A stretch of DNA of 64,000 bases. It comes from a virus. This document shows, one piece after another, positions 55,920 to 62,488 of this stretch. How positions within the stretch are numbered: position 1 is the stretch's first letter; each line of letters starts with the position of its first letter. A model generated the notes under the pieces. It ran no database searches and had not been told where the DNA came from. It saw only the letters and a list, made by a program, of their open reading frames with translations. The stretch lies in the IMG/VR virus record IMGVR_UViG_3300045988_058019, positions 39,546 through 103,545 of that record; one strand, given 5' to 3'. Made by a program: the position numbers and the translations under genes.

Positions 55920-56384
55920 ATGGAAAATGATTTAATGGCGAGACCTGAACCGCCAAGAAGAACTGTTTGGGTAGTAGTAGCAATCCTTGCCTTAATAGGC
56001 ATGATTGGAGCAATATTTTACGCAGAGCGTAAAAACATTGCTAATTTCTTAAATGGTGTAAACCAAGAAGAAGTACAAGAAGATGCGCATATTACTATTG
56101 AAGAGCCTGTAGCAACAATACAGGATATTCTCGATATGCGTGAGCAAATGAGAGAAGATAGAAGGATTGATAGTGTATTTTTAGCTATGCCAAAGGTAGT
56201 ATTAATTGATATTTTGATGCAGCATGGTACATCATTGTCTATAAAAGACATGATTTACATATATGAATCAAACACATCAACGTATAACACAGTACTATCT
56301 GGAGCAAGAGCTCAAAAATATCTTGATGACTCTATACAAACTCATGTTATATCAACGGTTGTAAATGACTCTATTCAAAATTAA
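55920..56384 (+). CDS. Hypothetical membrane-anchored protein
   Basis: Intact ORF with TM segment VWVVVAILALIGMIGAIFY. Confidence 0.5.
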   Translation: MENDLMARPEPPRRTVWVVVAILALIGMIGAIFYAERKNIANFLNGVNQEEVQEDAHITIEEPVATIQDILDMREQMREDRRIDSVFLAMPKVVLIDILMQHGTSLSIKDMIYIYESNTSTYNTVLSGARAQKYLDDSIQTHVISTVVNDSIQN

Positions 56385-56474
56385 AACCAAACCTCCTGTT
56401 TTAAATGAATATTAGAGTCTAGTATACTCAGTCTGTGAAGATAGAGTATACTTTCATTAAAAAAACTAAATAAT

Positions 56475-56918
56475 ATGAGAAAGTACACAAACACATATAT
56501 AATAAAAGATAACAATGGAGTATTAGTTATTAAAGGAAACAATAAATACATTGAAGTATTAATTGATGTTGAAGATATTGATAAATTAAAGCCTTATTCT
56601 TGGAGAATAAACGATAAAGGGTATATAATATCTGATTATAAAAGAAATAAAGTAAGATTACACAATATAATATTAGATAGAGACACATCTAATACAAAAA
56701 TCGTGTGTGACCATATTAATCGAAATAAGTTAGATAATAGAAAAGCAAATCTAAGAATAATAAGTCAAAGAGAAAACAACTTAAATAGAGAGAATATAAT
56801 CAACGCTAAATATTATACTTATAGAAAAGACAGAAATAAGTATTATGTATATGGAGTTGGTTATTTTAATACTGAAGAAGAAGCAATAAAAGCTCGTAAT
56901 AACTGTGAGAATCAGTAA
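56475..56918 (+). CDS. HNH homing endonuclease
   Basis: VCDHINRNKLDNRKANLRIISQRENN is the HNH motif. The 3' end overlaps RNA module copy 3. Confidence 0.8.
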   Translation: MRKYTNTYIIKDNNGVLVIKGNNKYIEVLIDVEDIDKLKPYSWRINDKGYIISDYKRNKVRLHNIILDRDTSNTKIVCDHINRNKLDNRKANLRIISQRENNLNRENIINAKYYTYRKDRNKYYVYGVGYFNTEEEAIKARNNCENQ

Positions 56919-56994
56919 CAAACATGTGGGGCTCATATCTTATCAAAAGAATGCTAGCGCTTTTAGATAGGTATTAGTGCAGACGTTAAAATCA
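56902..56994 (+). ncRNA. Structured RNA module, copy 3
   Basis: ACTG-TGAGAAT-CAGT, TGTGGGGCTCATAT, variable hairpin CTTATC../..GATAGG, TATTAGTGCAGACGTTAAAATCA. Confidence 0.5.
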
Positions 56995-57187
56995 TGTACT
57001 CCAATAAGATTTAGTTTGACAGCTATTTCTGCTTATGAGTTAAAACTATAGTGAGAGTCATAGTAAGTAACGATTGTAGTCGTTTATCTTTGTCTTATAA
57101 CAAATGCTATAAACTAAGAGTTGGCACTAACTTAATTAAATCCTGAGTGTCCAGGCGTCATTATTAACAATTTAAATTTTTAGAAAC

Positions 57188-57421
57188 ATGAAAAAGATTG
57201 GAAAATTTTTATTTGTAGAGCAATGCTTTACAGATACTGAAGAAACAAAACCTTGTATTATTCACATTGATGCAATTGACTGTATAACATGCACCAATAT
57301 CAGTGGACTCGGAGAAGTTGTAGTAATAGAAACAGATAATACAAAAATTCTCTGCAACGATCCGGATAATTTCTTTACTGAGTTTGAAAACCTAATTTCA
57401 TCAGAGGAAGAAGAATGGTAG
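57188..57421 (+). CDS. Hypothetical acidic protein (ends at TAG)
   Basis: Intact ORF. The TAG stop is followed 3 codons later by an in-frame TAA. Confidence 0.5.
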   Translation: MKKIGKFLFVEQCFTDTEETKPCIIHIDAIDCITCTNISGLGEVVVIETDNTKILCNDPDNFFTEFENLISSEEEEW

Positions 57422-57678
57422 TCAATAAAGTAAAAGAAGGTCGTAAGTTAACTGAAATAAAGTTCAGTAACGACCATTATCTTGCTAACCTATTAGCTAC
57501 TACTAAAGTACTTGGTATATCGTTAGAACGAGCTAAAAAGCTATGTAGAACAGTACCAGGTAAAAGAGTAGAAGTTAATCCACCTATTGAAATTATCAGT
57601 AAACTAAATACTGATAAACTATTTGAAGAATTAGAGGAATATGAAATAGAAGTATCTATCAGTATTCCTAGTAAATAA
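57415..57678 (+). CDS. Hypothetical protein, 87 aa
   Basis: Intact ORF whose start overlaps the previous stop. Confidence 0.5.
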   Translation: MVVNKVKEGRKLTEIKFSNDHYLANLLATTKVLGISLERAKKLCRTVPGKRVEVNPPIEIISKLNTDKLFEELEEYEIEVSISIPSK

Positions 57679-57695
57679 CTTATCAAAAGTAAAGT

Positions 57696-58163
57696 ATGAA
57701 AGCAATTATTATTTCGTTTGAAGGAGTTATAAAGGATGAAACTATATTAGCATCACTTTTAGCATCCTGCATAGGAAAAAATGTAAATACTGAAGATGTA
57801 GATGTTCATATCTTGTCAGATATAGATGTAACAAATGCTTTAATAGCTAAATGTTTAACTCCACCTGCTATAGCAGTAGATAGACCAGCTAATCCGCAAA
57901 TTGCAGTAGTAAAAGACTTCTGTAAGAAGATTATTGCATCTATTGGTTCACCTGCTCTCAAGACACGAGAGCTATTGAATTCAGAACTATGTAAGTTCTT
58001 AGTACAACAGAATCGCGAGGTTATTAGTGTTCCAGTAAGTATTATTGCTAAAGTAAATACTACTTCTGCATATTACGAACATCGTAAGGTACTAAAGGAA
58101 TACGGTTTATCTGCATTACCTGAGTTATTACGAGATATTAATCCTCTATTTAAATTTTATTAG
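57696..58163 (+). CDS. Hypothetical protein, 155 aa (ends at TAG)
   Basis: Intact ORF. TAG is followed by 5 codons and then TAA. Confidence 0.5.
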   Translation: MKAIIISFEGVIKDETILASLLASCIGKNVNTEDVDVHILSDIDVTNALIAKCLTPPAIAVDRPANPQIAVVKDFCKKIIASIGSPALKTRELLNSELCKFLVQQNREVISVPVSIIAKVNTTSAYYEHRKVLKEYGLSALPELLRDINPLFKFY

Positions 58164-58164
58164 T

Positions 58165-58263
58165 ATGGCAAAGAAGAATAATGAAGAACCTCCAAAGGAA
58201 TTCAAAAAGAAGCCAAAACATAAAAAGATGGAGCCTTATAATCGTAAGAAAGCATGGAAGTAA
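58165..58263 (+). CDS. Possible 32-aa Lys-rich peptide
   Basis: ATG..TAA ORF MAKKNNEEPPKEFKKKPKHKKMEPYNRKKAWK. Confidence 0.3.
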   Translation: MAKKNNEEPPKEFKKKPKHKKMEPYNRKKAWK

Positions 58264-58400
58264 ACAATGATTGTCCTACACTTGATAATCATATCAACTG
58301 TAGTGAATGTACTCACGAGTGTAAACTCAGAATGCAACCAAAGAATAGTAAAGAAGTAGAGGTTCCGCCAGAGCCTCTACTCAATACTATATATTACTAA
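58254..58400 (+). CDS. Possible 48-aa Cys-containing peptide
   Basis: ATG..TAA ORF MEVNNDCPTLDNHINCSECTHECK.. Confidence 0.3.
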   Translation: MEVNNDCPTLDNHINCSECTHECKLRMQPKNSKEVEVPPEPLLNTIYY

Positions 58401-58642
58401 TTTAAATTGTTAGTAAAATGGTGGATTCAGTCAACCTAAAGAACTGTTTAAGACTAGAACCCTAATGGAAATTGTCAATCAAGAGTACAATGGACTATAC
58501 AACGGTCAACCACATTATATGTAGGTCAGGAGAAGGCAGGGAGTCTCCTGTTGAATAAGAAGTACAAATAGACAGGAACAGTTCTTTTTAATTATTACTT
58601 AAATTTACTAAAAGATATGAGTAAAACAAAAAACAAATTAAA

Positions 58643-58870
58643 ATGTCATATTATATGACCAATATAGTCATCACTCCTACTCTATACGAGGAGAAAAGAT
58701 TAGAAGCTATATCATACTTTAGTAGATGTAGCAAAGAAGTAGCACTAAAAATTCATAAAAAGAATAAGTATAAAGATATCAAATTAAGGCTAAATGTTAT
58801 AGCAGTAGCTATAATAGAAGCTAAAAAGAGATATTTTGACGACTGTTCTTTTATTAAGATTATATTATAG
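58643..58870 (+). CDS. Hypothetical protein, 75 aa (ends at TAG)
   Basis: Intact ORF. TAG is followed by one codon and then TAA. Confidence 0.45.
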   Translation: MSYYMTNIVITPTLYEEKRLEAISYFSRCSKEVALKIHKKNKYKDIKLRLNVIAVAIIEAKKRYFDDCSFIKIIL

Positions 58871-58914
58871 TGTTAAATAAATTTTATTGTTAAATCAATT
58901 AAACTGTATTCAAA

Positions 58915-59385
58915 ATGGCAGAAAAAGAAAAATTGAACATCCTTACAGAGGATGTAAATGGTGACAACATCCAAGACGTAATTGCAAACTCAAGTAAAGT
59001 AACTGAAGAAATCGCAGAAGAAGCTGCGAAGAAGATTGCCGAACGCCGTAAGGAGAAACTTACGAAGGATCTTGTCAATGTTGTTCAGAAGAGCGAATAT
59101 ACTGTTATGTCGGCAGTATTGCAAGTTCGCCGTTCTAACAGAACAAACCAACGTATCAAAACCTACCTGAAGGAATTGTCCGCACTGAAGGAAGAGATTG
59201 TGAGCGGAAAGAAACCCGTGTCCGCATGGAATGAAGAAGCGCTCGCTCTCAAGAAACAGTACGATAAAGACCTTATTGAGATTGGGAAAGAAATCGACAA
59301 GTCGCTTAACGAATTGAACGAAATCTTCCCGGACTCCTGGCAGTGGAGATACAATGAGTTAGTTCCCGGTGTAAATCGTCGCTAA
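58915..59385 (+). CDS. Coiled-coil hypothetical protein, compositionally GC-richer
   Basis: Intact ORF whose codons are visibly richer in G/C than those of neighbouring early genes. Confidence 0.55.
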   Translation: MAEKEKLNILTEDVNGDNIQDVIANSSKVTEEIAEEAAKKIAERRKEKLTKDLVNVVQKSEYTVMSAVLQVRRSNRTNQRIKTYLKELSALKEEIVSGKKPVSAWNEEALALKKQYDKDLIEIGKEIDKSLNELNEIFPDSWQWRYNELVPGVNRR

Positions 59386-59898
59386 CTCAAAACAAACAAA
59401 ATAAAAGAGGTTCCAAGCTTAGAATCTTTGAATCAATAGCTTAGTATGTGAGTCGGAATCAGTTCTTTTGAACTAACTAGGGCCTGAGGCATACAAGGAC
59501 CTGAATTAACAGGTCTCATACAGAATTTTTAAATCAGTTATGGGGAACTACCGTGAACTACTGATCATAAGTCTGAGATCGCGACAATAAGATTGTCCTC
59601 TAGAGATAGAGAAACGCCTTAGTCGTGACATCAAGTTAGACTGAATAATATGAATCTTTGAATCGCTTAAAGTATCTATACTTTAACTATTATTCGTGTA
59701 TTATCAAGATCAGTATAAGAGAACTAACCATTCTCAAGACCATAGGGTATATGACTTTGGTCGGTCATATACTCACAATAGAGTAGGTATAATACCGAAC
59801 TGTAAAAAGAATTGACTGTTAGGTCTATTTATGCCTTCAGGTGACCGCGGGGCAGTACCGCGCACATCCACTAAAAAAATATAATAAGGGTGTGAAAT

Positions 59899-60092
59899 AG
59901 TATTGAACCGTTGAAACAGAATAGAATAGGTCAATAAGCAGATAACTGGCAATACAAGTTATGTAACGGACTATACTGGTATCGCAGCGTGATAACAGAG
60001 TCCAACGGCTAAGCTAATGTCGTAGAAAGCTGGGGCATATCAGGCTAGATCAGACGTAAGGGCTGTGAAGGGTTCGATTCCCTTCAATGCTA
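59899..60092 (+). ncRNA. tRNA-like-terminated structured RNA candidate
   Basis: A canonical T arm AAGGG/TTCGATT/CCCTT (60068-60084) is followed by CAATGCT-A. This pairs 7/7 (one U.G) with AGTATTG at 59899-59905. The interior has helices CCGTTG/CAACGG and GACT/AGTC. There is no canonical D or anticodon arm. Confidence 0.35.
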
Positions 60093-60125
60093 CAATATTA
60101 AGTTTAATCAATAAATTAATTTGAA

Positions 60126-60404
60126 ATGGGATTAATGAATTTTATTAGACAGAATCTTCCAGAATCATGGGAGAAAGCTGCAACAGAGATGAGAATGAAG
60201 ACTGAATTAATAACTCGTCTTCATAATGTAGTACCTCGTGCTTATAAGAATAAGTATCACTACAAAGAAGGAATATCTTATATTAGAAGAGTATTCAATA
60301 CTAAATGTGACATAATACATTTAGTAGATGCTACTGATATAGATATTACTAAATGGAATGAATTAAGTAGTAAAATAAAAGAATACGAATATCAATGCGT
60401 GTAA
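60126..60404 (+). CDS. Hypothetical protein, 92 aa
   Basis: Intact ORF-track ORF. Confidence 0.5.
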   Translation: MGLMNFIRQNLPESWEKAATEMRMKTELITRLHNVVPRAYKNKYHYKEGISYIRRVFNTKCDIIHLVDATDIDITKWNELSSKIKEYEYQCV

Positions 60405-60580
60405 GATATTTTGCTTGGTTTGACTCTAAACATGAAAGAACAGAGTTCATTAACTTGCTCAGATCAGCTAAGTCTGATATTGATGCAGTTAATAAAGTGA
60501 TGCAAAAGTATCCAGAATTAACTTTATCAGAAGTATCTGGAATAGTAAATAACTTTAAAAAAGAAATTAATCAACCATGA
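60395..60580 (+). CDS. Hypothetical protein, 61 aa
   Basis: Intact ORF with overlapping ends. Confidence 0.45.
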   Translation: MRVRYFAWFDSKHERTEFINLLRSAKSDIDAVNKVMQKYPELTLSEVSGIVNNFKKEINQP

Positions 60581-61038
60581 GACTCAATCATCCTGGTATC
60601 TACAGAATTGTAGGTGAAAGCTTTGAACTTCTAGCTAATATAACTGGAGAAGTTCCTTGTATGAGAATTACTTCTGCACTATTAGTTAATGACTTAGTAC
60701 AGAAAGGGGAATTCACAGTACTACCTGAAGAATCTATTGAAATTCAGAGCGTATTAGCGAATCCCGACAAATTTGTTTTTCTAGAGTATGAATACTCAGA
60801 AATATGTTCATTACCATCTTATCGTCAATCGATACATGGTACAAAAATGCCTAATATAACTGATGAACAGTTAAAGACATTTACTAATAAATACCTTGAA
60901 GATATTGGAATATATGGACGAGGTGTAGCTGCAACTAAAGCTTATATATTAGAAACTACAGGCTGGTCATTGGCACAAATTAATGTAGTACTAATGAAAA
61001 TAGCTAAAAGAGTAAAGCAGCAATATGTTAATTTATAG
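60577..61038 (+). CDS. Hypothetical protein, 153 aa (ends at TAG)
   Basis: Intact ORF. TAG is followed by 11 codons and then TAA. Confidence 0.5.
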   Translation: MRLNHPGIYRIVGESFELLANITGEVPCMRITSALLVNDLVQKGEFTVLPEESIEIQSVLANPDKFVFLEYEYSEICSLPSYRQSIHGTKMPNITDEQLKTFTNKYLEDIGIYGRGVAATKAYILETTGWSLAQINVVLMKIAKRVKQQYVNL

Positions 61039-61417
61039 TTTGACAAACCATATATATACTACTTGGGGAGTTAAGTATAGTTCATTTAACTGGCGACCTG
61101 AGTGGTATACCTTTTTAAGAATACAAAAAAGGGAATTAAAAGAACTAGAGTTTCATGAATCTCATAAAGTTCAAACTGTAAAATATTTAATATTTTGGTT
61201 TGATAATAGGATAATACAAAAGATAGGAGTAGATAAAGATTTAACTCTAAAAGTTCGTATAAGAATATTATGTGGATTAATTAATAATACTCCTACTAGT
61301 GTACTTACTAGACCTATGAAAATAGAATTCATGGAATGTATATGGGATACTTATAATAAATTCTACAAAGATTGGTATGAATATTATTGTAGGAATGTAC
61401 TAGAATTACCATTTTAA
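61025..61417 (+). CDS. Hypothetical protein, 130 aa
   Basis: Intact ORF-track ORF. Confidence 0.5.
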   Translation: MLIYSLTNHIYTTWGVKYSSFNWRPEWYTFLRIQKRELKELEFHESHKVQTVKYLIFWFDNRIIQKIGVDKDLTLKVRIRILCGLINNTPTSVLTRPMKIEFMECIWDTYNKFYKDWYEYYCRNVLELPF

Positions 61418-61465
61418 GTCTATAGAGTCTTGGTTGACTCTATAGGCACACTAAAGCCCGTAATT

Positions 61466-62026
61466 ATGACAGATGAAGAAAGACAACAGCTTTTAGATCT
61501 GATCAAGCAGGCTAAAGAAGGTAAACAATATGCCTTCACACAGCTTTATAATCGTTATCACAGAATTATATACAATACTATATATAATATTGTACACAAT
61601 AAGGATGTAACAGATGATTTAGTATCTGTAACGTTTACTAAAGCTTTCTTTAAGATAGCTAGTTATGTTAATCATATTTCATTTGAGATGTGGTTAAAAA
61701 CTATCGCTATAAATAGTAGTATTGATTATATACGACGTACTAAAAAAGAGAAGTATGATTATGAGTTAGATAATGATAATAACTGTCTACAGGTAAGCAG
61801 TTCGGCCGACAGCTCACCAGAGGATTTGTACATATATCATGAGACAGATAGTAAGTTATCAGATGCATTAAGCAGACTCCGCTATAAGTATAGGTATATA
61901 CTTGAACTACGTACAGTTCAGAATCTCTCTTACAAAGAGATTGCTGAACATCTTGAGCTCTCTGAGTCTCAAGTAAAATCTCGCCTTAACAAAGCGAGAG
62001 AGAAATTAAAACAATTGTTAAACTAA
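61466..62026 (+). CDS. ECF-type sigma-70 family RNA polymerase sigma factor
   Basis: Region-2-like ..FTQLYNRYHRIIYNTIYNIVHNKDVTDDLVSVTFTKAF..FEMWLKTIAINSSIDYIRR and region-4 HTH ..ILELRTVQNLSYKEIAEHLELSESQVKSRLNKAREKLK. The ATG at 61466 is preferred over the ORF-track TTG start. Confidence 0.7.
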   Translation: MTDEERQQLLDLIKQAKEGKQYAFTQLYNRYHRIIYNTIYNIVHNKDVTDDLVSVTFTKAFFKIASYVNHISFEMWLKTIAINSSIDYIRRTKKEKYDYELDNDNNCLQVSSSADSSPEDLYIYHETDSKLSDALSRLRYKYRYILELRTVQNLSYKEIAEHLELSESQVKSRLNKAREKLKQLLN

Positions 62027-62042
62027 AAAACATTTACTAATT

Positions 62043-62414
62043 ATGACACCAGCAATTATTGGGCTATTAACCGTAGCATTTATCCTTGCACGATTATTTC
62101 GTAGTACAGGAATGTGGTGGAAACTTGTTTTCGCCATTATGGCTGGTCTATTAGTAGGTATTTTGAGTAAGGAAGTAGTTAAGTCAGATAATGATAAAAC
62201 TACTTCTCTTACTAGTTTAGTTAGCACCATGAGTAATGATGATGCTTTAACATGCATGCAAAGCTTAGTAGCTACAGTGACAGAAGGTACTACCATTCGC
62301 CTTACTGGGGTTGCAGGTTACATTGTTAAAGATGAAGAATTATTCGATGCACTAACTAAAAATAATACTTTTACTAATGGACGTGACTCACCAGAAATAG
62401 AGGATGATAGTTAA
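62043..62414 (+). CDS. Membrane protein (2 N-terminal TM) downstream of the sigma factor
   Basis: Intact ORF. An anti-sigma role is speculation from adjacency. Confidence 0.5.
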   Translation: MTPAIIGLLTVAFILARLFRSTGMWWKLVFAIMAGLLVGILSKEVVKSDNDKTTSLTSLVSTMSNDDALTCMQSLVATVTEGTTIRLTGVAGYIVKDEELFDALTKNNTFTNGRDSPEIEDDS

Positions 62415-62488
62415 CTTTTAAACTAATCTATCTTTTTAATTGTACTTAATAATAACTTTTATTTTAACACTTTAAAACATTATCAAAA

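Noticed and set aside
57042-57059. Minus-strand GACTCTCACTATAGTTTT resembling a T7-class promoter core
   Set aside because: It is a single occurrence with imperfect similarity, and no T7-like single-subunit RNAP gene lies in the window. It is probably part of the CTATAGT-type motif family.
56385-57187. Group I intron carrying the HNH gene (and likewise for the GIY-YIG genes)
   Set aside because: I could not find split exons. Flanking ORFs end and start independently, and the downstream flanks have stops in all frames. The endonuclease genes look free-standing, although the structured flanks remain unexplained.
59899-60092. Calling this element a bona fide tmRNA or intron-containing tRNA
   Set aside because: It lacks D and anticodon arms, has no recognisable pseudoknots or resume-codon context, and is shorter than typical tmRNAs. 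It is kept only as a candidate tRNA-like RNA in the findings.
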